Made by a program: the position numbers and the translations under genes. From positions 1 to 64,000 of IMG/VR virus record IMGVR_UViG_3300005805_000001: a stretch of 64,000 bases of DNA. One strand, written 5' to 3'. Each line of letters opens with the position of its first letter. The stretch's first letter is position 1. The stretch is from a virus (taxonomy: Duplodnaviria; Caudoviricetes). Positions 8,997-19,800 of the stretch are shown here, in pieces. Under the pieces are notes generated by a model. The model was not told the origin of the DNA and searched no databases. It saw nothing but the letters and a program-made list of their open reading frames with translations.

Positions 8997-9425
8997 ATGA
9001 TAAGATTCACGTTCAGGCATCCACAGTATCCCATAAAAATATGGGTGGTAATGGGATGCCCGCAAAAGGACGTGCTTCCCTACATTTCCACAAAGGCCGT
9101 ACCAATAACCCTTGATGATATCTGTCATGATCCTGATGATCATGATGAGGAAGTTGGAAAAGCCGTAATGTTCAAGAATGGGTGTTTTCTCATATGGGTA
9201 CAAAGTTTACCTGAGGATCCATTGACATTAAGTAATCTTGTACACGAGATATTTCACACTGCATACCAGATAAGGACATGGATAGGGGCTCCATATCTCA
9301 CTGATGAATCGGAAGAGGATTGGGCTTATCTCATATCATGGTTAACAGAAAACATTTTAAAGAAACATGAAACCCATAGAAGGAGAGGACGAGGGACTGG
9401 AACTGTTCCTGACGTTGCACCCTAA
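8997..9425 (+). CDS. Small zincin-like metallopeptidase
   Basis: LVHEIFH (HExxH) followed by EEDWAY, which supplies the likely third ligand in an E..AY motif. Confidence 0.7.
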   Translation: MIRFTFRHPQYPIKIWVVMGCPQKDVLPYISTKAVPITLDDICHDPDDHDEEVGKAVMFKNGCFLIWVQSLPEDPLTLSNLVHEIFHTAYQIRTWIGAPYLTDESEEDWAYLISWLTENILKKHETHRRRGRGTGTVPDVAP

Positions 9426-9466
9426 TGAAAGAAAACAGTTCCGTAAATTAAAAAAGAACAATAAAC

Positions 9467-10201
9467 ATGGCAACCCAAAGGGAACTGATATACACGGTAA
9501 AAAACATCCTAAGGGGTGGTCAAATAACCGATGATGACACAATCACGGATCGTCAAGTGGCTTTTCTGATTGATGCTGCAAGAGCCACTTTGCTTCGTCA
9601 ACAATACAATAGGGGACAAAACCTTTCAGACAATAACATACAGACCGTGCCTTGCATGGCTGTTGAACAGGTTGACACTTCCTTTATGCCGGGATTTCCT
9701 TCAAACTGCACGGTATACAAGACAATCAATCCTCTTCCAAAACCGATTGAATCAAAAGGCAAGGACCTTATAACGGGAATAACTTCCCCTGTTTTGGGAA
9801 GCCTTTCCTATGAATACATACCCTATTCGCGTTTACCTTACGCCGGTTTTACCAGGTTTAAAAGACCAATGGTAACTGTTTTCAACAGGTATGTCTATAT
9901 GATAGACGCCCCTTATACAATCAACATAGCGATAAGCGGGGTATTCGAGGAACCCAATGAGCTTTCAACATACAATGATTGTGAGGGACAACCTTGTTTT
10001 GACTGGGATACTGAATATCCCATGTCTTCCCATATGATTGATGCTGCCATTAAAATGGCGGTACAAAACCTTTCATTGACAATAAGGACACTTGCAGACA
10101 GGACAAACACCGGTGCACATGAATTGGAGTCACAACTCAATTCAAACGTAGGTGGCAAGTTCGGGGCTGCACAGTCAAGTTCAAAATCATCCGGTTCATA
10201 A
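9467..10201 (+). CDS. crAss-like tail ring/tubular protein
   Basis: 244 aa. The helical N-terminus (ITDRQVAFLIDAARATLLRQ) and C-terminal YPMS..MID..IKM pattern fit ring proteins. It lies immediately before the IHF-like gene. Confidence 0.65.
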   Translation: MATQRELIYTVKNILRGGQITDDDTITDRQVAFLIDAARATLLRQQYNRGQNLSDNNIQTVPCMAVEQVDTSFMPGFPSNCTVYKTINPLPKPIESKGKDLITGITSPVLGSLSYEYIPYSRLPYAGFTRFKRPMVTVFNRYVYMIDAPYTINIAISGVFEEPNELSTYNDCEGQPCFDWDTEYPMSSHMIDAAIKMAVQNLSLTIRTLADRTNTGAHELESQLNSNVGGKFGAAQSSSKSSGS

Positions 10202-10710
10202 TGACACGTCTTGGAAAAAGGGGCAAAGGCAGATACAACGTCGACAAGGGGTTGCAGGATGCCTATGCCCTTTATCTTTCCAAGACTGAACTAGGATCAG
10301 GACTTACAAAGTTCAGTGACTCATCGTCAAGGTTCACTCCACTTGACAAGAACAAATACAAGGAAGTGGTTCATGCTCTCATGGACAAGTTGATGGAAGA
10401 GATACTTTACCGTTCCATGACACTTTCACTTCCTTACAACCTTGGTGTGATAAGGGTGAAAAAACTCAAGATGAACATGGGGTTGCTACATGCAAACAAC
10501 AACCTCAAGACTGACTGGGGACATTACCAGAAAACAGGTAAGATTATCAAGCACCTGAATGAACACAGGGACAATTGCAGATACGGGTTTTATTGGCTGT
10601 GCAAGAAAGGACCGAAGGGAAAGAATCTGTATAAATTCCAGGCACTGCGCCAACACAGACGCAAGCTTGCAGAACTTTTAAAGAACACAAACATAGATTA
10701 TTTCGACTAA
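10201..10710 (+). CDS. IHF/HU-like DNA-binding protein (conserved crAss-like gene)
   Basis: Basic protein with KYKEVVHALMDKLMEEI...LSLPYNLGVIRVKK, an HU/IHF-like helix-strand pattern, at the canonical position between ring genes. Confidence 0.65.
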   Translation: MTRLGKRGKGRYNVDKGLQDAYALYLSKTELGSGLTKFSDSSSRFTPLDKNKYKEVVHALMDKLMEEILYRSMTLSLPYNLGVIRVKKLKMNMGLLHANNNLKTDWGHYQKTGKIIKHLNEHRDNCRYGFYWLCKKGPKGKNLYKFQALRQHRRKLAELLKNTNIDYFD

Positions 10711-10711
10711 G

Positions 10712-11608
10712 ATGCAAATAGCCAAATATACCTCCACAAAGGAGATCATAAACAATTTCATGAGGAACACGGCTTACAATGAGCATGTGAACCTTGGTGA
10801 CATGGCTTACTGGGTATACGAGGCAATGGAACTCATAGGGTTTCCATTGCAATACATACCCAAAGTCATTGGGCATAAGAACGATTCTCAATACATGCTT
10901 GGCGGTACAAGCGCAGTCCCTGTTACTAACGCGACACAGGAGCATCCTGCCGAACCCCATACACATCTTACCTCATACGAAACAAGCACCACGATAGGGC
11001 ATTACAAGGTTGAACTGCCTTGTGATTTCCATAAACTCATGGCTGTGTCGGTTGACGGGGTAATGGCAGTACCTGCCTCAAGCCTGTTTCATCATCTGAT
11101 TGACAGTGATTGTTGCGGTGATTTCACAGACTCGAATCCTCCCGAATTGTTTTATGACAACTTCGGGAATGTCTTTTCCCCACAGGCTTTACCGTTGAAC
11201 ATATACCTTGCGACCAATCCTCCGTCATTTACCATAAACAACAACTTCATGACATTCAATGTCAAGGAAGGAAAAGTGTGTATGGCATACTGGGCTTTTC
11301 CATTGGATGATGAAGGGTTTCCACTCATACCCGATGACATAAAATACAAGAGGGCGGTATCAAGTTACCTTCAATACAGGATGGATTATATCATGTGGAG
11401 ACAGGATCTTTTGACAGACAAGGTATATGTCAAGTCTGAACAGGATTGGATGTGGAACGTGGCTTCCGCTTCTTCACATTTGAAGACTCCTGATCTTAAC
11501 CAGATGGAGGCGATGCGTAGACAGTTTACCAAGATGATTGTCCGTAACCAGGATTTCCGTACAGGCTTTGCAAACATTTCACTTCCAGGATACAGAGGAA
11601 GATATTAA
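10712..11608 (+). CDS. crAss-like tail ring/tubular protein (P22 gp4-like)
   Basis: Contains W..EAMELIG, VELPCDFHKL, F.INNN...FNVKEG.V.MAY.A.PLDDEG.PLIPD and lies directly upstream of the muzzle gene. Confidence 0.7.
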   Translation: MQIAKYTSTKEIINNFMRNTAYNEHVNLGDMAYWVYEAMELIGFPLQYIPKVIGHKNDSQYMLGGTSAVPVTNATQEHPAEPHTHLTSYETSTTIGHYKVELPCDFHKLMAVSVDGVMAVPASSLFHHLIDSDCCGDFTDSNPPELFYDNFGNVFSPQALPLNIYLATNPPSFTINNNFMTFNVKEGKVCMAYWAFPLDDEGFPLIPDDIKYKRAVSSYLQYRMDYIMWRQDLLTDKVYVKSEQDWMWNVASASSHLKTPDLNQMEAMRRQFTKMIVRNQDFRTGFANISLPGYRGRY

Positions 11609-11631
11609 TGGACAATATTTCAGGATAATAG

Positions 11632-14600
11632 ATGAAACAATTCATAAAGGATTTAGGTGGTGCAGTAAACAAGGACCTGGGATTCAGTAAAGTCAAACAG
11701 AATGTGGTTTATGATTCACAGAATTTCAGGATTACTCCCAATGATGACGGTACTTTTGTTGTACGTACAAACATACGTGGCAATGAAAACATACTTACCA
11801 TTCCTGACGCACCCACCGAATGGCAGATAAAATTCAATGATTCCTTGAAATTTATTGCAGGTAACAAGTATCGTCTAATTTTACAAGGACAGAATTTCGC
11901 AACAGGTGTAACAGGTAGTTACACTTTTGACTTTGATTATGTAACTGAAACGATATTCTATCAGGAACTTGTAGGAGGTAACGGGTATTCACCGGGAGGA
12001 TTGAACGGGCAAGCCTTGCTTCCAACTTCTTTTCTTTACGGTTCAATAAGCGCCGTTTCCCCTACGTTTGATTATCTTGTAATATCCGGTAACTTTACTT
12101 CCCTTACGATATTATCCGTAACACAACTCTTTCCAGCCGTTACTTATGGTGAACTTGTGATTAACGGTAATTTTTCAACAAATCCACTGGGAACCTGGAC
12201 ATATATACTTCCATGGACATGGGATAACATAAACAATAAAATGGATGCGGTAAATGCAAATGGTGAAACTTTGCAACAGGTTTTCACTACGCTTGCATAT
12301 GGACAGTTATATACCGTTGAGTTTGATGTGACTATTACATCAGGAGACATGCTTGTACTTCTGGGTTATCCGGACCCTAACCAGACAAGTACTCCCCTTA
12401 TAACAGCCACTGGATCATATTCATATGACTTAAGTACCTTGTCATTGGTTCAGACATTGACGTTTTTTCCAGGTAACAATTTTACCGGAAGTATAGACAA
12501 TGTAAGTATCAAGGCAAAGGAATTCACAGGATTCATTGACCTTACACTTGTAAAACCGGCACAACAAAACCTCAGGATAATAGGTTGGACTACTTTGCGG
12601 GATGACATAATCCTCATAACAACCAATGGTGCGTTTAATCCCGATGATCCTGCAACAGGACCTTTTACATCATATGGCCAGATCTGGAGACTCACATATG
12701 ACAAGGGTGGAAACCTTGTTTCCCCTTCGAATTACAATTTGACATTGCTTTACAATGATGAATTGAACCTCACGGTTTACAGACCGATTGCCAATCCCGG
12801 TATGATTGAGACAAGGTATGAAAACCCGAGTATGACTCCAATATACTGGACTGACAATTACAACACCCCTAGAAGAGCAAACCTTGCAGATCCGGAACTT
12901 ATCACATTGACACCCGAAGCACTTGCATTGCTTCCATCCTTGTCATTGGACATACCCATATTGACAAAAATGTTGGATGGCGGTAATTTAAGAACGGGGA
13001 CCTACCAGATAGCCTACAGGTTAAAAACCCCTGGAGGAACAGAAACAAGATTCAGTCGTTTCAGTAAAATGATTCCCATCATAGATGCTCCTGAAACAAG
13101 CAGTCTTTTAAGTTATTATCCGATAGCTGTATATGATCCCCTTACAGGAATCACAAGTTCAACTCCAAGCGCACCTGGACAAGAGACAGGGGCAAATGCA
13201 AACAAGTCAATAGAAATAAGCATATCCAACCTTGATACGAATTACACTACGATAGAAATAGTTACGCTTTATTACAATACACCTGAATCAATACCTGAAT
13301 GTCACATAGTAAAAACAGATGCAATACCACCTTCAGGTACATACATATCGGTAATAGATTCAAGTGACAATGACATTCCAATTACAATTGACGAACTTAC
13401 CGCATTTAGCGCTTCAATTGTAAGATGTAAAACATTGGCGACCAAGGCTCAGACATTGTTCCTTGGCAATCTGAAAACCACTGATTTGGATTTTGAGTTT
13501 GATACCCGTACATACAGGTTTCCGATAAACTCCACCACGACAAAAATAAAAAGTACTACAAACGTCGAGTATACCATCAGGGATACGGATTACAAGATAA
13601 CACAGGTAGGACCTAATCCTGTTGTTCCTTTTGACGTACCTGAGGATTTCGACTGTATACAGGATTATGATTCACAGGCACCTGATTCGTTTTATAACAA
13701 CCTTTATCTTCCGAATTCCGAGATCCTTGGTGGGGAAGGTCCGAATATAAAATATGTCTTTATAACCGAGAACATGCTTTTGGATTCAAAGGTAATGACT
13801 CAAAATGTTGGAAGAGGGGCTAAAAACGTCGACAGATATACCACAACAATCACAGGTGTCAATGGTGTCACCTTTGAAAACGTAAATTCCTTTCAAAACA
13901 ACTCGTCACCTTTCCTTTATGATACAATTGTAGGATACAGAAGGGATGAGATGGAAAGGATAGGCATAGTCTTCTTTGACCAGTTTGACAATCCTTCCTA
14001 TGTATCCTGGATAGGCGACATAAGGTTTCCACACCAGTTCATGGTAGATCCTGTTACGAATGAAAGAACAACCTTGTGTTCTGCTTCACATCAGGCAAAG
14101 GTTACACCTAATTACGTATATTCCACTCCTGAAGGTCCCATACTTTTCAAATCCACTGTTGCAACCTGTGAAAGAAAAGATCCTGCAAGTACTGAATTTA
14201 ACCTGATAGGCAACATAATGGGGTTGCGTATAACAATAAAAAACTTTACCGGCATACCTTCTTTCTTTAAAAAATGCGGCATAGTCAGGGTTCCCAAGAA
14301 GGAAACTGACAGGCGTATAATAGCCCAGGGATTTGTCAGGCCTACATATAAAAATTATGGTGGAGACAGTGGGGATGAAAACTGGTTGTTTACAAACAAC
14401 ATTGACATTGGAGGAATATCACCTTGTTCATTAAACTATGAAGACAAAGGATGGTTTTGGCCCGATGTATTCAGTTTTGTAAGTCCTGAATTCCTGTTTA
14501 ATGTTTCAGATCCAAATGTCCGTCCAATTGATAAACTTGACATTGTAGGCACATACCGTAAAACAGCCTTAAAGGATAATGGATACCTATGGTCTTGGAT

Positions 14601-16833
14601 CGTGCCTAATGACGGAGGTACTTGGAATGGAACCAAGGAAGATGATAATGGAGAGGACAATTACTGGGGTTTCCTTACAAAGAACTATTACATAGAAGAC
14701 AGGGCTTTTACTCCCGGGCCTGTTAAAATGTCAAACAGTGATAACCCTTATATAATTAGAAACACTTTTAATATTCCTAACAAAGTTACACAAGGTATAG
14801 CTTTTCCAAACAGTAACCTTGAAGATGCTTATGGCGTAGGTGTGGTTTCACCTATTCCTCCTTCTACCAATCCCAGAACAATATATAACTGCAGTATAAA
14901 ATATCCCAATGCCAATGATTGGATAAGTACGAATGCTAACTGCGGTGGCCTTAATCCAAGTGGTGGGCGTGCGGCAGGTGATTTCCATTCTCACGGTAAT
15001 AACATGGTATTACTCCAATTGGGCCCTTCTGATGTTACTAATTTTAATTCATCTGCATTTGGTGGACACAATTACATGCTTAATGTCGATAAGCTTCACC
15101 AGCATTATGAATTTGGTAATGCCGGTATAGGTATTCCGGATGCAAGAGGTCTCAATGGATACATGGCAAACTATGTACGTAATGTCCAAAACCAATACGG
15201 CGGTAATTCCTTTTCAGACAGGGCTTCTTCGGAATATGTATCAACAAACTGCATAATAGACATAAGTGACAGGACCAATCCCATAACCACAAAGGTTCTC
15301 GGAGGTGATACTACCGTTGAAGTCATGGATTATAAACCCCATTTGCTTGACCAGTCAATGGCAAAAAGGGTTCGTGATGAGGTAAGTGGAGGTGACAATG
15401 AATCAAACCTGACTGTGTGGTTTTTGTTTTTTCCGTGTGAAACGTCCGTAGCCATTGACTATCGTAGAACCTGGCAAAACGTAGTATACAATGATTGGCG
15501 TAACACTAATACAAATAGAAGTGAACTAAAAGGCGCCTTTAATTATAATAGCGATCGATGGTACGATTCAGGACAAGGGGGATATAGACCCTACATGACC
15601 GAGTTTTCAGAACTCTTCAATGTAAGTCCGGTATTCAATTACTATCCTGAAAAGAAGTTTGTAAAGTATTTTCCAAGACCTTACAAGGGATTGGAACAAA
15701 ACATTTTTGATTGCCGTGTATGGAAGTCTGAAAAAAAGATAGATGGTGCGCTAGTTGATGCATGGAGTATATTCAGGTCTGCGGCAATACTTGATGTTGA
15801 AAGCAAATATGGTCCGATCAATAACCTTGTGGTTTTTCAAAACAAGATGTTATATTTTCAAGACAAGGCTTTTGGACAACTTCAGATCAATGAGCAAAAA
15901 CTGATAAACTCGGTAGGGGATACCACTGATCTTGTACTGGGGTCATCCGGTATTCTTGAAAGGTATGATTACATATCGACCCAGACAGGAACAAAGCATC
16001 AGTTCAGTATGAGTATATCCGACTATAGTCTTATATGGTTTGATACCCTTGCACGTAAGATCTATAAGTTTGGAGACGGTCTTAAACCTGTAACTGATTT
16101 AAAAGGATATCATGCCCTTTTGTATAACGGTACTGAAGGTAAGTTACAAAACAATGACAATCCTTATTTATACAAGGGAGTCCATTCAACCTATGATTAC
16201 AGGTTCAATGAATTTTACATGACTTTCCTTTCGGAGGAAAACCAGTTTACACTTGTATATAATGACATGGTTGACGGGTTTGTGGGAGAGTATACCCATT
16301 ATCCGGTAGTCTACATCAATGACAAGTCAAATATATTTTCCGTACCTTACAGTGGAGGTGCCAGTGAGATATACATCCACAACTATGGTAATTACGGCCA
16401 GTTCTATGGAGTAGTGAATCCTTCAAAACTCAGCTTTGTAGTGAATCCTGAACAAGGGTTGGAAAAGGTGTTTACCAACATGGAGGTTACCGCTGAATCA
16501 TTTAAGACCGTTTTTGGTTATGATCAACCTGACTTCAATGATTTCTTTGATACCATGCGTGTGTATGACAATTATCAGAACACGGATTTCATATCCACAA
16601 GCCTGATAGCCAAGAAACACAAGACTATATGGGACGTGAAGATTCCTTCGGACAGGGTGCTTGATGTGACCCAACCCATATTCAATGCCGCAAACCTCAG
16701 TTCCGTACGTCCCGCACTTACGCGCAGGATGAAAGACAAATGGTTCATGGTGGATTTCATTTACAATAATACCGATAATAACAAATTCGTGGTGCACTTT
16801 GCTAATGCACTTTACATGATAAACTCACGATAA
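11632..16833 (+). CDS. Muzzle / tail stabilization protein (P22 gp10-like, crAss001 gp44-like)
   Basis: 1733 aa with IYWTDNYNTPRR, YRRDEMERIGIVFFD.F...S.V.WIGDIRFP, the C-terminal D..SKYGPINNL...QDKAFG.L.INE and YDY.FNEFYMTF, at the canonical position. Confidence 0.8.
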   Translation: MKQFIKDLGGAVNKDLGFSKVKQNVVYDSQNFRITPNDDGTFVVRTNIRGNENILTIPDAPTEWQIKFNDSLKFIAGNKYRLILQGQNFATGVTGSYTFDFDYVTETIFYQELVGGNGYSPGGLNGQALLPTSFLYGSISAVSPTFDYLVISGNFTSLTILSVTQLFPAVTYGELVINGNFSTNPLGTWTYILPWTWDNINNKMDAVNANGETLQQVFTTLAYGQLYTVEFDVTITSGDMLVLLGYPDPNQTSTPLITATGSYSYDLSTLSLVQTLTFFPGNNFTGSIDNVSIKAKEFTGFIDLTLVKPAQQNLRIIGWTTLRDDIILITTNGAFNPDDPATGPFTSYGQIWRLTYDKGGNLVSPSNYNLTLLYNDELNLTVYRPIANPGMIETRYENPSMTPIYWTDNYNTPRRANLADPELITLTPEALALLPSLSLDIPILTKMLDGGNLRTGTYQIAYRLKTPGGTETRFSRFSKMIPIIDAPETSSLLSYYPIAVYDPLTGITSSTPSAPGQETGANANKSIEISISNLDTNYTTIEIVTLYYNTPESIPECHIVKTDAIPPSGTYISVIDSSDNDIPITIDELTAFSASIVRCKTLATKAQTLFLGNLKTTDLDFEFDTRTYRFPINSTTTKIKSTTNVEYTIRDTDYKITQVGPNPVVPFDVPEDFDCIQDYDSQAPDSFYNNLYLPNSEILGGEGPNIKYVFITENMLLDSKVMTQNVGRGAKNVDRYTTTITGVNGVTFENVNSFQNNSSPFLYDTIVGYRRDEMERIGIVFFDQFDNPSYVSWIGDIRFPHQFMVDPVTNERTTLCSASHQAKVTPNYVYSTPEGPILFKSTVATCERKDPASTEFNLIGNIMGLRITIKNFTGIPSFFKKCGIVRVPKKETDRRIIAQGFVRPTYKNYGGDSGDENWLFTNNIDIGGISPCSLNYEDKGWFWPDVFSFVSPEFLFNVSDPNVRPIDKLDIVGTYRKTALKDNGYLWSWIVPNDGGTWNGTKEDDNGEDNYWGFLTKNYYIEDRAFTPGPVKMSNSDNPYIIRNTFNIPNKVTQGIAFPNSNLEDAYGVGVVSPIPPSTNPRTIYNCSIKYPNANDWISTNANCGGLNPSGGRAAGDFHSHGNNMVLLQLGPSDVTNFNSSAFGGHNYMLNVDKLHQHYEFGNAGIGIPDARGLNGYMANYVRNVQNQYGGNSFSDRASSEYVSTNCIIDISDRTNPITTKVLGGDTTVEVMDYKPHLLDQSMAKRVRDEVSGGDNESNLTVWFLFFPCETSVAIDYRRTWQNVVYNDWRNTNTNRSELKGAFNYNSDRWYDSGQGGYRPYMTEFSELFNVSPVFNYYPEKKFVKYFPRPYKGLEQNIFDCRVWKSEKKIDGALVDAWSIFRSAAILDVESKYGPINNLVVFQNKMLYFQDKAFGQLQINEQKLINSVGDTTDLVLGSSGILERYDYISTQTGTKHQFSMSISDYSLIWFDTLARKIYKFGDGLKPVTDLKGYHALLYNGTEGKLQNNDNPYLYKGVHSTYDYRFNEFYMTFLSEENQFTLVYNDMVDGFVGEYTHYPVVYINDKSNIFSVPYSGGASEIYIHNYGNYGQFYGVVNPSKLSFVVNPEQGLEKVFTNMEVTAESFKTVFGYDQPDFNDFFDTMRVYDNYQNTDFISTSLIAKKHKTIWDVKIPSDRVLDVTQPIFNAANLSSVRPALTRRMKDKWFMVDFIYNNTDNNKFVVHFANALYMINSR

Positions 16834-19800
16834 TGAATAATTGGCTTGACAATTATGACGATAAGGAAATGGCTAAAAAAGCCCGCAAGATTTCCAAAGG
16901 AACAAGAATACCACGTGTACCAAAGTCAAGGCTTGAAACGGAAGACAGGTTGGGATTTCCCGTAGATGAAAGTGACTTGCCTGTTCCAGGGGTTCCTGTA
17001 AACTTTGACATACTTATGAACATGCATAAGTTCAAGGTTCCGAATCCTGATTATTATGAACAACAACCAATGATGATTGCCGCTGATGGAGGTCCTATAG
17101 GTCCAGAGGAAGAACAAAAGCCTGGTGTAGCAAGGGTCATGGGTGTTGATAAGGAAGGAACCCCTGTATTACGTCCTACCACAGGATACTATCTTCCTGA
17201 GGTGGAAATATTCGCGGACGCGCCTGATACCTATAACAACTATATCAGAAACAAGTATAAGGACGCAGGTCTTGGCGTAACCATGTTTGGAATGCCTTTG
17301 GACTACGCTTTTGGATTTCCCCAGGCGGCGATGACCAAGGCGTTTACAGGCAAGTACCAGCTTCCTTCAGAAGCCATGGGTATTGAGAATCCTGTAGTAG
17401 CGTTATTGACGGATGCAGCACTTGATCCTGTGAATATTACAGGCGCTGGTTTATTGACCAAGGAAAAAGCATTGGCTGCTCTAACCTCTAGTAAGGAATC
17501 AGGAATGCTTTCCAATGCTTATAAATATAATCCTTGGGCGTTTAAACCTAATCCTGAAGCTGGCTATAGAATGATTGGTGGAAAAGAAGGTTATTTAGAT
17601 GCTATAGTTTCTGGAGAAATAAGACCTACAGGTAGATATGAACATGCTCATTTTAATATTGGACAACCTTTAAATCCAAATAGACTTTCACCAGAGGAAT
17701 TAATTCAAGCTGGTAGTCCTGGTGGGTATAAGGGTCCTTATATGGCTGAAATGAAAGAGGGAACATGGCAAAGAATGTCAGATGCTTTTCCCAATAATCC
17801 AGAAATGCAAGAACAGTTTAGGTTACTAGGAAAAGACAAAGATGTTTGGCAACACCCATTACTTGGACATATAAAAGTGGATGATCCAAGACTAAAACTT
17901 TATAAACAAGATTGGTTAAGAGGATACAAGGAAGTTCCTAAAAAAGAAGTTGGTGGTTATGTGACTGATGAATATAAAAAGGTACGCAGTACCGTACCAC
18001 GTGTATCATACACTGAACCTTCAAACATGTACACCGGACCAACTACCCAAAGAGGAATAACCTTTGCCGAAGGGGGAGAAGTTGAAAGACCTACAGGTAC
18101 ATATGTTGAATCAATGTGTGGACCTGATCATGTGGAAATAAAAGATGAAAAAGGTGTTCCTGTAGAATGTATAAGTCCTGAAGAGTATGAACGCAGGCTT
18201 AAACCATTCAATGATGCCGCGCAAGCCAGATTGGAAGAAGCCAGAAAGAACGATCCTAATCCAAGCGGTAATCCAAAAGTGTCATGGAATCCAGCCATTG
18301 ACGGACCTTATCCTAGGATAAAAAGATACAATGAACCTTTGGAATCCAACTTTTCAAGTTATTGTCCTGATTGTTCTGCAGCTGAAAAAAAGGCAATGAG
18401 GCAGTATGAGAGATCCCAAAGGCGTTTACAAACAAACCAAGGCCGTAACATGAGGAGAGCTGAAAGGCAAAACTTTTTTGACAACATCGGTAATATAAAC
18501 CTGCGGATCCCGCCTCTTGGTATTGGCGCCTTTTTTCAAAACCTTTGGGATGCATGTCGTCCAGGTGAACGCTGTTTTAAATTTGAAGACGGAGGTCCTA
18601 CAAATCCTCCTGACAAGACATGGGAATTAAACCCAAATACTTATGATACTCCCAACAGGATAACCTTTCCTTTGATAGGCGGGATTGATTGGAGTACAAA
18701 AGGTTCACAAGGAGCCGGAGGTGACCGTGCAATGGTATTAGGGTATGAAAGGGAAGGATTTGGTTCCAATCTTTCCCCCTTTGTTGACTTGAATGCCGGA
18801 ATTGCCTCAGCACCTTCTTCTTATAAATATACTACATATGATTCTGGAGTGGGACAATCCCAGGCAGAGTTACCCGCTGGTGCGGGAGTGTTTGGCAAGG
18901 TAGGATTCAAACCTTCTTTTTCAGTGGGGCAATCATGGATACACCCTAAGACCGGAAAGGACAAGTACAAATCATCATTCTTTATAGAACCTAGCGTATA
19001 TGCTGATATAAACGCCGGAAAAATCCTGCCTAAGGAACAGTCAGAATATTCAAGTGTCATGAATCCTGCGGAAAACCCCAGCATGACAATGCTTGAACGT
19101 AATGACAAGTTACTTGACAAACCATGGTATGCCACGGTAAATCCCGGTGCAAGTCTTGATTTTTCAAAGACAGGTAGGGTGGGATATATGGATTCAAAGG
19201 GAAGTCTTGGACTCACTTATGACCAATACGGTCCTGGGGTAAAGGCTTCTGTAATCGGTGAAAACTTTGAAGGATCTCTTCCTTATGGTGTAAAGTTCCA
19301 TGCGGGATATCAACCAGGTGACAAAGGAAGAGGTTTTTATGGAGGAACTGAAATCCTGATTCCAATCGGCGAAAGTTGGAACAAAGTAAGAAGGAAAAAA
19401 CAAACTCCTACACCTCTTCCAGGGACAGTATCTACTCCACGTTTTGAAGATGGGGGACCTATTAAACCATTTGTAACATCTAATCTTAGTGAATATAACA
19501 AACGTAAAGCAGCATATGCTGATAGTTTAGATTTATATAATAGGTTTAAGAACAGTAAAGCTGATTACTATAATTTTATAAAAAGTCAAGGATTTGACCC
19601 TAGTCGTATAGAGGAATGGACTACAGATGGATATGTAAACACAGATGTGCATCCTAAAATAGGTGCGACTTCATATGGTATATTGACAAATAGTGGTGGA
19701 GGATATAATAGAGATGCTGCAGGTAATCCAATAAATTATACAACATATCCAACAATATCAAGTACTGGTATTCGTAGTTCTAGAAATGTACCTGATAATA

